Below are positions 7,319 through 17,535 of a stretch of 64,000 bases of DNA, one piece after another. Where the stretch lies: positions 1 to 64,000 of the IMG/VR virus record IMGVR_UViG_3300044729_003379, one strand, 5' to 3'. The translations under genes were made by a program, and so were the position numbers. Every line of letters begins with the position of its first letter. Positions within the stretch are counted from its first letter, which is position 1. This DNA is from a virus. The notes under the pieces were generated by a model, which made no database searches, had not been told where the DNA came from, and saw only the letters and a list, made by a program, of their open reading frames with translations.

Positions 7319-8247
7319 ATTTTAAATGCGTAGAATGCGGAGCCTCCTTTAAAAAAGAGGCGGGTTTACACATCCATGTAAAGATTCATGGAGGAGTCGC
7401 CGCATACTATCAAAAAAACTTTCCAAATAGAGATCGTTTAGATGGTTCCTTGATAAACTTTTCCAATCCAGAACAATACCTTGGTGAGTGTTTTAATTCT
7501 CTAAAAACAAGGAACACCTTTTTAAAAGGATGTTCTAGAAAAGAAGGGAGGGATGTTGTCATTCATGAATTAAGCGCAGACAAAAAGAAATATGGACTTA
7601 CCCACCTTCCTTCTCAAAATTACTACATTCTCAAGAAAAGAGCAGGACTGATTACTTGTGAAAACTTCTTCGAATCAAAGAAAGAACTGGCAGATAATTT
7701 GGGTTTAGATCTTTTCTATGACAAACCTCTTCCAGAGAACTTCTGGACCGTCTCTGAAGAGGAATTAAACAAGATAGAAATCCACAGAGACACAAGAGAA
7801 CAAAAACCCTTTTCTTTTTCTAATTACATCGTAAATAAATTGGATTTTGGTGATTACTGCGCGGGAGGAATTCATTATAACAAAACTTTTATAGACAGGA
7901 AATCGCCAACCGATTTTAAGGGAACCTTTGGGGTTGGTTTTGAGAGATTTACAAAAGAAGTCGAAAGGGCTAAATTATTCAATAGTTTTCTTTTTGTTGT
8001 TGTAGAGTCTTCTATAACGGAAATAATTCGTTCAAATCTTTTAGGAAAATATGCTACAAATTTATCATACGCATTCTCTAATGTAAGAAAGTTATGTTTA
8101 AAATATCCAGAAGTAATTCAATTTGTCTTTTGTAAGACAAGAGAAGATGCACAAGATATAACTAAAAGAATTCTATACTTTGGAATAGATTTGCATAAAT
8201 GTGATATTCAATATTATTTAGACAAAAAATATGTGGGAAAAAGGTAA
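7315..8247 (+). CDS. C2H2 zinc finger plus ERCC4/XPF-type nuclease
   Basis: CxxC-x12-HxxxH; DTREQKP, GDY, DRKS motifs. Confidence 0.8.
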   Translation: MNFKCVECGASFKKEAGLHIHVKIHGGVAAYYQKNFPNRDRLDGSLINFSNPEQYLGECFNSLKTRNTFLKGCSRKEGRDVVIHELSADKKKYGLTHLPSQNYYILKKRAGLITCENFFESKKELADNLGLDLFYDKPLPENFWTVSEEELNKIEIHRDTREQKPFSFSNYIVNKLDFGDYCAGGIHYNKTFIDRKSPTDFKGTFGVGFERFTKEVERAKLFNSFLFVVVESSITEIIRSNLLGKYATNLSYAFSNVRKLCLKYPEVIQFVFCKTREDAQDITKRILYFGIDLHKCDIQYYLDKKYVGKR

Positions 8248-10138
8248 ACAAGGCTTTAGAATGGATTATTCGGCAAGCAAAACAAATGCCGAAATTCTGG
8301 AAAAAGAGGGATGGCTTGAGCAAGACGAAGCTAGCGTCCTTCTTTATAAATTCTTAAGAAATAACATAACATTTGCTACCGAATTCTTTCTTGGTATTAA
8401 ATTGTTTCCATTCCAAGCTATTTTGATAAAAGCTTTATTTATTTCAGATTATACAATGCACGTTCTGGCGCGAGGCATGTCAAAAACATTCTCGACGGCT
8501 ATTTATTTGATTTTGGAACTCTTATTCAACCAAGGTTCCAACATAGGGGTTATTGCAGGAACGTTTCGACAGTCTAAAATGATTTTCACAAAAATTGAAG
8601 ATATCTTATCTAAACCAGCGGCAAAGCTTGCGATGGATTGTATAGGAACCAAAAACTACATCCAAAAAGGGACCGATCAATGGACATTGAAAATAGGAAG
8701 AAGTAGGGCTATTGCCCTTCCTCTTGCCAATGGGGAAAGACTGCGAGGCTTTCGTTTTAATCGAATTGTTATTGATGAGTTTTTGACAATGCCAGAAAAG
8801 ATTTTTAACGAAATTATCATGCCCTTCTTGGGTGTTATTGAAAATCCAACGCAACGAAAAGAACTTCGGGATTTGGAGACAAGATTAATTGCCCAAGGAA
8901 AGATGCAAGAGTCAGAAAGATTCGTTTGGCCAAATAACAAACTCATCCTTCTTTCTTCTCCTTCTTTCAAATTTGAATATATGTATAAGCTGTATAAACA
9001 GTTTATTGACCTCATAATGGGTCAACATGATTCTCAAAAATTTAATAGAGAAGAGGCTGGAGCAATATCCGCTTATCGGGCAGTATTTCAGCTTTCTTAT
9101 GATCTTGCTCCTCCAGAACTTTACGACCAAAATCTTCTCGATCAAGCAAGAGCAACAATGAGTAAGGCTCAATTCGACAGAGAGTTTGGCGCACAGTTTG
9201 GCGACGAAGGAGATTCTTATTTCAAAATGAGTCGAATGATGCAATGCACCATTCCAGAAGGAGAATTCCCTGCTGTTGAAATTATTGGAGACCCTGCGGC
9301 AGAATATATTTTATCCCTTGACCCTTCTTGGTCCGAAAGTGAGGAGGCAGACTTTTTCAGTATGCATGTGGGCAAGATTTTAAAACCAGAGAACAAAGTA
9401 GCAATCGTTCATTCTTTTGCTTTAACTGGTCAACCCCTAAAGGTCTATATGACCTATTTTCATTATCTTTATACTCACTTTAATATTGTAGGCTTGATTG
9501 GAGATAGGAACGGCGGTTTACAATTCATAAGCGCATGTAACGAGAGTGAGCTTTTCAAGAATTCTAAAATACAAATTAAGTTTGTGGAAGGAGAGTTTGA
9601 TAAACCAGAAGATTATCACACAGATTTGTTGGCTCTTAAAAATTCAATAAATACAGAAGATCATAAGATTTGTTTTCTTAGAAATCCATCCTCTTCTTGG
9701 ATTAGAACAGCAAATGAAATGCTGCAAGCAAGCATTGATCATAAGCGTATTTTATTTGGTTCTGGGGCATTTTTGGGAGACAAACACTTTGAAGCACAAA
9801 GCAAGGCTAAGATTCCAATTGCCGATTTAAAATGGGAACCAGAATATAGGGCTTCTTCAGAAGATGCTTGTAAGGTGGATTTAATTGATTATTGCAAACA
9901 AAATATTGAACTTACCAAAACTCAAACATCTAATATTGAAGTTACGACAAGCCCCCAAGGAACTCAATCCTTTGACCTTCCTCTTCACATGAGAAAACAA
10001 AGAGGGCCAAATAGACCAAGAAAAGACTTATACTCGTCTTTGGTTCTTTTAAATTGGTGGGCAAAGGTTTATTTTGATTCCTTGGAAGTTAAAGAAGAGA
10101 AAAGGGTTGTTTCTACATTTGTTCCTTTTGCTATCTGA
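8231..10138 (+). CDS. terL: Terminase large subunit
   Basis: ARGMSKT Walker A, LRG, IVIDEF Walker B, LSLDP nuclease motif; precedes portal. Confidence 0.88.
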   Translation: MWEKGKQGFRMDYSASKTNAEILEKEGWLEQDEASVLLYKFLRNNITFATEFFLGIKLFPFQAILIKALFISDYTMHVLARGMSKTFSTAIYLILELLFNQGSNIGVIAGTFRQSKMIFTKIEDILSKPAAKLAMDCIGTKNYIQKGTDQWTLKIGRSRAIALPLANGERLRGFRFNRIVIDEFLTMPEKIFNEIIMPFLGVIENPTQRKELRDLETRLIAQGKMQESERFVWPNNKLILLSSPSFKFEYMYKLYKQFIDLIMGQHDSQKFNREEAGAISAYRAVFQLSYDLAPPELYDQNLLDQARATMSKAQFDREFGAQFGDEGDSYFKMSRMMQCTIPEGEFPAVEIIGDPAAEYILSLDPSWSESEEADFFSMHVGKILKPENKVAIVHSFALTGQPLKVYMTYFHYLYTHFNIVGLIGDRNGGLQFISACNESELFKNSKIQIKFVEGEFDKPEDYHTDLLALKNSINTEDHKICFLRNPSSSWIRTANEMLQASIDHKRILFGSGAFLGDKHFEAQSKAKIPIADLKWEPEYRASSEDACKVDLIDYCKQNIELTKTQTSNIEVTTSPQGTQSFDLPLHMRKQRGPNRPRKDLYSSLVLLNWWAKVYFDSLEVKEEKRVVSTFVPFAI

Positions 10139-10185
10139 AAGTAACTTTTAAAGTTAAAATTTCAGACTTTTGTGTAAATGGCATT

Positions 10186-12189
10186 ATGCCAAGAAGATAT
10201 ACTAAAAAGAATAACGAGTATTGGAACAATTTGTCCAAGGCAACAATTCCGAATAATAATGAACCTCTTGTTATTGATTTTTCTCCAGAGTTGATTGGAG
10301 AAGGCTATTACGCAGAAGAAAGTGTGGCTAGTAGCCGCTTATCTTCTTCTTCGGGTTCTAGAATCTCTTCAAGAAGTAATTTGATCACCTCTTCTCTTGT
10401 TAGGAAAAGATTTAAGAACATTGACGACGGACTTCTTCCTTGGGATTATTCTGCCGATGGTGTTTCTGTGAGAGATGCTATTGTTCTATCTCAAAAGGCT
10501 TATTTTAATGTTCCAGTTTACAAATCAACAATTGATTTATTATCGGAATTCTCTAATTCAGAGATTTATTTTAAGAAAAATACAGGAACGGATAAAAGCA
10601 GAAAATTTGTAGAAGCTTGGTTGAATAAAATCAAAATTTATGATTTAAAAGATCAATTTTTTAGAGAGATTTATAGAAGCGGAAATGTTTTTATGCTTCA
10701 TTTGGATGCAAAGGTTAATAAAGATTCTATAAAAGCCTTTAGCGAAAGCCCTTTGCCATCTCTTTCTGAAAAAAGAATCCCAGTTCGATATATAATGCTA
10801 AATCCTGCTGATATCGAAGTTACGGAGCAAATGAATTTTGGTGAATATAGTTATGCAAAGGTTTTGACAAATTTTGAAATGGCAAAACTGAAGAATCCTA
10901 CGACGGAAAAAGAAAAAGAGTTATTTAACTCTTTACCGCCAGAAGTCAAAAAAGATATTCGTAATTCGGATAAAAAAGCAAACACCTTCATTGTTAATAA
11001 GGAAATTCAAATTCCTTTGGACGTTATGAAACTGCATCCTGTTTTTTATAAGAAGCAGGATTATGAACCCTTGGCCATTCCTCCGGGTTATTCTGTTTTG
11101 GACGATATTAACAAAAAGATGGAATTGAAGAAGGTTGATCAAGCTATTGCCAGATCAATTGAAAATGTAATCTTGCTTGTTACAATGGGAGCAGAGCCTG
11201 ACAAAGGAGGGATTAATCATCAAAATCTCAAGGCGATGCAAGACATTTTTAAAAGTAAAAGTGTCGGTCGTGTTTTAGTTTCCGATTATACAACTAAAGC
11301 CGAATTCGTTATTCCTGATCTTCAAAAGGTAATGGGTAAGGAAAAGTATGAGGTTCTTAACCAAGATATTCGTGAAGGATTAAATAATATTTTACTTGGA
11401 GAAAGTAAGTATGCCGATACAGAAATTAAATTAAAGATCTTTCTTCAAAGAATCGAAGATGTAAGAGAGAGATTTTTTAAAGACTTTTTACAACAAGAAG
11501 TTGATAGAATTTGTGAAATCATGGGGTTAAAAAAACCGCCGCGTCTTGAATTCAAGAGAACGGATGCCCTTAATTATTCTGAAATGCAAAGACTTATTGC
11601 TAGAATGGTTGAGCTTGGAATTCTCACTCCTCAAGAAGGTATGGACGTTATTGACAAGGGTGTTTTTCCAAATGCCGACGAACTTGGTTCAGAACAACAA
11701 AATTTTGTGGATCAAAGAAAGAAGGGATTTTGGTCTCCATTGGCTCTTGGTGGTTCTATTGGAGAAGTTGATGGAGAATCCTCTAATAAATCAACACAAC
11801 AATCTCAAAATCCAACAGTTTCTGCCCCAACGGGCGGTAGACCAACTGGAACTGGTGTTGAAAAACAAAGCCAAGCCCATTTTGCCGTTGACGCTATTAA
11901 GGCTTCCGTTGAAACCATTTCAAAGTTTCAAAAACAAGCCGAAAACCTTTACAAGGAAAAGCTTTCGCTCAAAAAACTTAGTAAGGATAAAAAGGATTTA
12001 ATTTACGATATTTCCTTAGCCATTATACAGGGTTGCGATAAGAACAAGTGGAATGATAAATTAAATGAAGTCATTGTAAATCCATCAATTCTTGCTTCAT
12101 TAAGTGTAAACCCCAAAATATTAGATATATCTAATGAACACGAATTATCATTAGAAGCATCTAGTATCTTATATCATTCAACAATTTAA
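10186..12189 (+). CDS. Portal protein
   Basis: Position after TerL, size, REIYRSGNVF motif. Confidence 0.75.
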   Translation: MPRRYTKKNNEYWNNLSKATIPNNNEPLVIDFSPELIGEGYYAEESVASSRLSSSSGSRISSRSNLITSSLVRKRFKNIDDGLLPWDYSADGVSVRDAIVLSQKAYFNVPVYKSTIDLLSEFSNSEIYFKKNTGTDKSRKFVEAWLNKIKIYDLKDQFFREIYRSGNVFMLHLDAKVNKDSIKAFSESPLPSLSEKRIPVRYIMLNPADIEVTEQMNFGEYSYAKVLTNFEMAKLKNPTTEKEKELFNSLPPEVKKDIRNSDKKANTFIVNKEIQIPLDVMKLHPVFYKKQDYEPLAIPPGYSVLDDINKKMELKKVDQAIARSIENVILLVTMGAEPDKGGINHQNLKAMQDIFKSKSVGRVLVSDYTTKAEFVIPDLQKVMGKEKYEVLNQDIREGLNNILLGESKYADTEIKLKIFLQRIEDVRERFFKDFLQQEVDRICEIMGLKKPPRLEFKRTDALNYSEMQRLIARMVELGILTPQEGMDVIDKGVFPNADELGSEQQNFVDQRKKGFWSPLALGGSIGEVDGESSNKSTQQSQNPTVSAPTGGRPTGTGVEKQSQAHFAVDAIKASVETISKFQKQAENLYKEKLSLKKLSKDKKDLIYDISLAIIQGCDKNKWNDKLNEVIVNPSILASLSVNPKILDISNEHELSLEASSILYHSTI

Positions 12190-12193
12190 TAAA

Positions 12194-13699
12194 ATGTGGA
12201 CAGAAGAATCAAACTCAAATTTATCTACTAAAATTGCTGGTTCAATTCGCGTAATTGATTCTAGTGAGTTTAAAAAATACGGAATTACAGAACAATCTGT
12301 TGCTTCTGCTAGAAAAACCTTAATGCCCCCTTCTTTTGATGTAGAGAAGAATATTGACGTTCTTCCTGTTGTTTTTAATTTGGCTGTAGTAAACCGATTT
12401 AACGAAAACGATGACGCAATTAAGACTTCCGTTGCAATGGAGTTGGTAAAACAATTTATCAATAAACCCATCAACATTGAACACATGAAGGATAAAATTG
12501 TTGGGCATATTATAAATGCTTCTTTTTCTGACAAACAACCAGAATACGAATATAACGAAATCGAAGCTTACAAAGACAGGAAAGACCCATTCTATATTTC
12601 CGCTGCTGGAATTATTTATCGTCATATTTTTCCAAAATTAGCCGATGAAATTGTTGAAGCCTCTAACGAAAAAAGCGAAAAATATCAAAGCTTATCAACT
12701 TCTTGGGAAGTTGGTTTTAGAAATTATACATTAGGAATCGGAGAAGGTTCTTTAGAAGAAGTTGAAGAACTGTCAGAAGAAGATGAATCTTATTCTAGTC
12801 TAAAAGATAATTTAAAGGCATATGGAGGAACTGGATATTCCAATAAAGGAAGAGTCAGAAGAATAATTAATGGTCCTGTTTATGGATTAGGCGTTGGTAT
12901 TACTACTTCTCCTGCCGCAAATGTTAAGGGCGTTTATATAATGTTAGAGGAAGAAGAAAACCAAGAAGAAAACGAAGATAATATGGAAAATGAAAAAGAA
13001 AATGATATTAATAATAATGATTCTATTTCCCAAGAACATAAAAAATATGTAAAAGCTAACAAACCATCTCTTTCAATGGACGAAAATCAGTTTAACCAAC
13101 TTATCGCGAAGCTTGAAGAAGCCAAAGCTTCTTCAGAAATCGCCCTTCAGATCAAAAAAGTGTTTGATCAACAGACCGAATGGCAATCAAAAGCCGAGGC
13201 TGCTCAAAAAGATCTTGATTCGACCCGTTCGGAACTTGAGTCCATCAAAAACGAATTTAAACAAACTGCGGAAGAACTTGAATCTCTCAAGAGAGATCTT
13301 GAAGCTAAAGCCGCTGCTGAACTTTTCAATTCCAGAATCCAAACCATTCTTGAGAAATACGAACTGACCGAAGCTCAAGAGAAGGTTGTTATCGAAGATA
13401 TCAAAAATCTTGATTCAAGCGAAGCCTCTTTCGAGAAGTTTCAAGAAAAGGCTGAAATTATTTTCTCCAAACAAAGCAAAGAGGCTCTTGCCTCTCTTGA
13501 AGAAGCAAAAAGAGCCGAAATTGAAAAGGCCGCAGAAAAACTCTTAGAATCCAAGGCTTCTACCTCCGAAGAAACCTTAGAACTTAAAACAGAAGAAGCG
13601 GAAGCCTCTTCTCTCCCCAACAACACTGGAGAAGGTTCTCAAGAACTCACTCTCTTAGACAGAATTAAAAAAACCGGACTTCAAGTTTCAACCAACTAA
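12194..13699 (+). CDS. Prohead protease-like domain fused to coiled-coil scaffold
   Basis: N-x-N-D-D, PINIEH, IVGHI, STSWEV, PAA motifs; acidic linker; C-terminal coiled coil. Confidence 0.7.
   Translation: MWTEESNSNLSTKIAGSIRVIDSSEFKKYGITEQSVASARKTLMPPSFDVEKNIDVLPVVFNLAVVNRFNENDDAIKTSVAMELVKQFINKPINIEHMKDKIVGHIINASFSDKQPEYEYNEIEAYKDRKDPFYISAAGIIYRHIFPKLADEIVEASNEKSEKYQSLSTSWEVGFRNYTLGIGEGSLEEVEELSEEDESYSSLKDNLKAYGGTGYSNKGRVRRIINGPVYGLGVGITTSPAANVKGVYIMLEEEENQEENEDNMENEKENDINNNDSISQEHKKYVKANKPSLSMDENQFNQLIAKLEEAKASSEIALQIKKVFDQQTEWQSKAEAAQKDLDSTRSELESIKNEFKQTAEELESLKRDLEAKAAAELFNSRIQTILEKYELTEAQEKVVIEDIKNLDSSEASFEKFQEKAEIIFSKQSKEALASLEEAKRAEIEKAAEKLLESKASTSEETLELKTEEAEASSLPNNTGEGSQELTLLDRIKKTGLQVSTN
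13026..13053 (+). promoter_or_regulatory. Putative strong late promoter inside the protease gene
   Basis: TTTCCCAAG-N13-TGTAAA, same architecture as 18400-18427; in-frame ATG at 13076. Confidence 0.6.
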
Positions 13700-13723
13700 T
13701 ACAAAATTTAACTAATAACTACT

Positions 13724-14338
13724 ATGGCACAGCAAATTACTCGCTTACTCCCTAATCGCTCCTACGCGGAAGCCGATGTGATCAACTCGTATGCTTTAGA
13801 CGCAAATTCTGGCGAAGCTGGAACTTTCGTTAAAGTGTCCTCTGCAAACCTTTCCGATGATCCTGTCGTGTATGGCAACTTCGGTCCATTCGCCAACACT
13901 CTTGGCAATGCCACTTCGCAATATCCTTATGCTACTCAAAGAGTTGTTGCGACCTCTGGAACCGGGGACGCTGGACAAGTTGTTGGCATGATTCTTAGAG
14001 ACGTTCGCCAATTTGATGAAAATGGTGAAAATCTTCTTTATTATCCCGCCAAAAAGTTTGATCTCCAGTGTGTTCTTTCTGGTGAAGCAAATCCAATTCT
14101 TGCTCGCGGCGTTGTCGAAATTAATGCTCGCGGTCTCGCTGGTGGCGTTTGCCCCGGTGTCGGTCACGCTGCGGTTCTCGCGGCTAATGGTAGGGTTACT
14201 GGGGTTGCTTACTCCTCTCTCACCACTGAACAAAGAAATGCTGTGGTCGGAACCTTTATTGGAACTGGTCTCAGAGAGAGTCAACAAAATACAGACTTCG
14301 CTGCTGGTGCTTATGCCAGACTTAAGTTCTCCGTGTAA
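13724..14338 (+). CDS. Head decoration or cement-like protein
   Basis: Gly/Ala-rich, 204 aa, between scaffold and MCP, high-expression codon style. Confidence 0.6.
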   Translation: MAQQITRLLPNRSYAEADVINSYALDANSGEAGTFVKVSSANLSDDPVVYGNFGPFANTLGNATSQYPYATQRVVATSGTGDAGQVVGMILRDVRQFDENGENLLYYPAKKFDLQCVLSGEANPILARGVVEINARGLAGGVCPGVGHAAVLAANGRVTGVAYSSLTTEQRNAVVGTFIGTGLRESQQNTDFAAGAYARLKFSV

Positions 14339-14367
14339 TCTTAACCAATATAAACTAACAATTTAAA

Positions 14368-15495
14368 ATGAAAATTCGTATTCAAGAAACCCCAGAACAA
14401 ATCGAGCTTATTAAGGCTTGCGCCTCTAAGGATAAGCTGGTCGCGGAGGAAGCAAAAGCTGCTGTTGCAGATTTAGTCGGACCCGTTATCAGTGAAGTTA
14501 TCAATAACGCTCCTACTGTTTCGAATCTTTACTCAACCCTTCCATTTAGCGAAGATGACAATCTTTCGATTGCACTGGACCTCTTCCACGACGTTACTGA
14601 TGAAGATTACATCAGAATTCACTCTCAATCTGTCGCTGGTGGACTTAGCTCAAACGAGCTTTTCCCTGCCCATGACGAACTTAAGTTTAAGACTTACTCG
14701 CTTGATAGCGCAGTTTCTCTTGATAAAAAGTATCTTCGTAAAGGTAGAAGCATCGATCTTTCGAAGGTTTTCACTAGAATGGCCCAAGAGTTTCTTCTTA
14801 AGCAAGAAAAGACTTCCATCAACCAACTTTTAGGTGCGCTTCTTGCTGCGGATACTAAAGTGAATGGAACCGCTGCTGCTGGTAATCACATTATCGATTC
14901 CACTACGGGCGATCAACTTCAACTTGACGACTTTAATCGTCTCATCACTCTTTCCAAGCGTCTTTGGAGTTCTTTCTCCAGCGGCACTCCCGTTAGCGGT
15001 GTGAATGTTGGGATCACTGATCTTCTTGTTTCTCCCGAAATGGTTGAAGAACTCAGAAACATGGCTTACAACCCAGTCAATACTCGTCCGGGTTCTATCA
15101 CAACTTCGGGTGCTACGGCGATTCCCGCTTCTGACGAAATGAGAAGCCAACTCATGAGTCAAGCTGGTCTCCCAACCTTCTTCGGTATCGGAATTATTGA
15201 AATTCTCGAAATGGGTATCGGTCAAAGATACAACAAGATTTTCGCCGCCCTTAATACGGCTGCTGGAAGTCCAGTTACCTTCACTCAAGCTTCTGATGAG
15301 ATCGTTGTCGGTATCGACAGATCGAAAGAAGCCCTTCTTAGACCCGCTATTCGCGAAGAGGGTGTGTCTACTGAAGTCAGCGTTCAAGTCGATGATCAGT
15401 ATGTTGCTCGCCAAAACAAGCTTGGCTGGTATGGAAAGATCAACGAAGGACGTATTATCATCGAAGATCGCGTGTTAACTGGTATCATCGTGTAA
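14368..15495 (+). CDS. Major capsid protein
   Basis: 375 aa, synteny, biased codons, followed by a terminator. Confidence 0.8.
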   Translation: MKIRIQETPEQIELIKACASKDKLVAEEAKAAVADLVGPVISEVINNAPTVSNLYSTLPFSEDDNLSIALDLFHDVTDEDYIRIHSQSVAGGLSSNELFPAHDELKFKTYSLDSAVSLDKKYLRKGRSIDLSKVFTRMAQEFLLKQEKTSINQLLGALLAADTKVNGTAAAGNHIIDSTTGDQLQLDDFNRLITLSKRLWSSFSSGTPVSGVNVGITDLLVSPEMVEELRNMAYNPVNTRPGSITTSGATAIPASDEMRSQLMSQAGLPTFFGIGIIEILEMGIGQRYNKIFAALNTAAGSPVTFTQASDEIVVGIDRSKEALLRPAIREEGVSTEVSVQVDDQYVARQNKLGWYGKINEGRIIIEDRVLTGIIV

Positions 15496-15526
15496 GATTA
15501 TTGGTGCCATAATATTCCTCACAAAC

Positions 15527-15551
15527 GGCTCACCTTTTAGGTGGGCCTTTT
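15527..15551 (+). terminator. Intrinsic terminator
   Basis: ggctcacct-ttt-aggtgggcc-tttt after MCP. Confidence 0.75.
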
Positions 15552-15590
15552 GTGCTTTAAAAGCAAACAAAAAAACACTATAATTAGTAT

Positions 15591-15971
15591 ATGAAAAAAC
15601 CTAAGAAAAAAGACGAAGTTGAAATGACTGACGGAAAAAAGAGAAAAACGAAGACCAGAGAAGAACAAGAAAAAGAACTTCAAGAACTTGAAGAAATTCT
15701 TCAAACAGGAAAATACAATCCATATGGCACGACTAATGCAGAAACCTTTCAAAAGAAGCTTTCTGAAATGACTCTGGATGAACTTCGTCTTTTATCTTCA
15801 AGAGTCGGAATTACGCCTATTTCCAGAGAAAGCGTCTTGAGAGAACAACTTATGGAATCATTTAATGATTTTATCAGAAGATCAAGACAAAACATCTCTG
15901 GCCCAAATACCGCTCCTGATATAAACCATCCAGCAATAAAGGACATTAGACACTTAATTGACACTATTTAA
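15591..15971 (+). CDS. Hypothetical protein
   Basis: 126-aa ORF; TATAAT-6-ATG upstream. Confidence 0.7.
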   Translation: MKKPKKKDEVEMTDGKKRKTKTREEQEKELQELEEILQTGKYNPYGTTNAETFQKKLSEMTLDELRLLSSRVGITPISRESVLREQLMESFNDFIRRSRQNISGPNTAPDINHPAIKDIRHLIDTI

Positions 15972-15986
15972 GTGTAATTTCTCTAT

Positions 15987-16502
15987 ATGAATGAATTGGG
16001 TTCTATCGCCGCAGATATAGTAACATATAGTTTTCCTGATGACACAGGAAGATTTCCTGTTTCTTATATTTCTGGTTGGTTGCAAACCCACATAGGAGAT
16101 TTAAACTCTCTTACTCATGAAGAATTTTATGTAGATAGCACTGGTGGAATTGGTCCTAGTGGACTACTTTCTCAAGAAAAATCTATTTTCATGGCTTTAT
16201 ATGAGATTGATTATTATCAAAGATCCGCAAGAGAATCTTTGAGAGGAATCATTTGGGGAGGGTCTTCTTCTGCTGCTGATTCAATTGTCATGGTTAGAGA
16301 AGGAGATTCAACAATTCAAAAGGTTTCAAAGGCCACTATCTCTAAGAGTTTTATTGAATTTTCTAAGGATGCTCAGGAAAGGTTGGACAATCTAATTTTC
16401 CAGTATAATTCTATGAAAACTAATCCAACCTCTTTGGCTGGAGAAGACGGTATTGAGTTTTCTGAAGGGATAGATTCTTATGATCCAAGAAGGGGATATT
16501 AA
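15987..16502 (+). CDS. Head-tail adaptor-like protein
   Basis: Synteny; GTGTA-N10-ATG. Confidence 0.55.
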   Translation: MNELGSIAADIVTYSFPDDTGRFPVSYISGWLQTHIGDLNSLTHEEFYVDSTGGIGPSGLLSQEKSIFMALYEIDYYQRSARESLRGIIWGGSSSAADSIVMVREGDSTIQKVSKATISKSFIEFSKDAQERLDNLIFQYNSMKTNPTSLAGEDGIEFSEGIDSYDPRRGY

Positions 16503-16504
16503 TT

Positions 16505-16942
16505 ATGGCTTCTTTTTTTTCTGATGCAGAAAAACTTTCTATAGATGGTCTTTTTAACGACCTTCACGATACATTTAAAACGATTATTTATGTTTTCGTT
16601 GAAGAAGCTTCTTCTGTTTTATCAGATACAGATTACAATCCTTTATATAATAGAATAGGAAATCAATCTAGAACTTCCGCAGATATTATTAGGGTAAAAC
16701 ACGAAATAGAAGCAAGGGTTTATTACCCACCCTCGACCCAAGAAGAAAGACTGCCAGATGTTATGCTTCCTTCTTCTGATGATAAATGCAGAATAAAAAT
16801 TGCAGCTAACGACTATGAAATAGTTAAAAGGGCTTCTGTAATAGAAGTGGATGGGGAAAATTACAAAATAGATTCAAAATCTTCTCCGATTGGTCCCTTC
16901 TCAATAAATTACGTCCAAGTAATGCTTCAAAGAATCGCTTAA
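16505..16942 (+). CDS. Head-closure (stopper)-like protein
   Basis: Synteny; IEVDGENYKI-type beta motif. Confidence 0.55.
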   Translation: MASFFSDAEKLSIDGLFNDLHDTFKTIIYVFVEEASSVLSDTDYNPLYNRIGNQSRTSADIIRVKHEIEARVYYPPSTQEERLPDVMLPSSDDKCRIKIAANDYEIVKRASVIEVDGENYKIDSKSSPIGPFSINYVQVMLQRIA

Positions 16943-17535
16943 TGAGAAACAAGATATCAGTATCTATCAATAGATCTCTTCTTACTTCTGCAATGACAGA
17001 AGGAAGAAATGGCAAATCTGTTTCTCGTTTAATAAGAAATCAATGGCAAACAAAAATAGAAGAAGCCCAGCGGCAAATGATTTCTTCTTACGAAGAAAAT
17101 TCTATTACTAAAGAAATAGATAGTGGACCCACTGCCTCCAACACTTCTCAAACGTTAAATGGCAAAGGAAACTTATTTTCTTTCATTGGCTTTCCAGAAG
17201 GAAGTAATCCAACAGAAGAGGTTAAAAATATCTTAAGAAACAAGATAAACTTTATTGTAAAACCCTTATCAAACGGAAAGTTTTCTATACAAATCCAAGC
17301 TCCAACAAAACAAGAGATTTATAACGTAAGTCCTATTCCTTGGAACCCCGGAAGAAGTTGGGTAGATGCTATAGAGAAAGGTATTTCTGGTCTTGGTAGT
17401 TATGTTTATAAGCCTTCGGAAATTTCTCGTTCTGGAACAGGTATTCAAGTAAAAAATTCCGTAGGAGGTCGTTTTGCTAATAGAAGTTATATCTCTACAA
17501 TTTTAAAAGAATTTGAAAGAAACATCTCAAAATGA
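16942..17535 (+). CDS. Neck or tail-completion protein
   Basis: Synteny; basic, 197 aa. Confidence 0.5.
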   Translation: MRNKISVSINRSLLTSAMTEGRNGKSVSRLIRNQWQTKIEEAQRQMISSYEENSITKEIDSGPTASNTSQTLNGKGNLFSFIGFPEGSNPTEEVKNILRNKINFIVKPLSNGKFSIQIQAPTKQEIYNVSPIPWNPGRSWVDAIEKGISGLGSYVYKPSEISRSGTGIQVKNSVGGRFANRSYISTILKEFERNISK

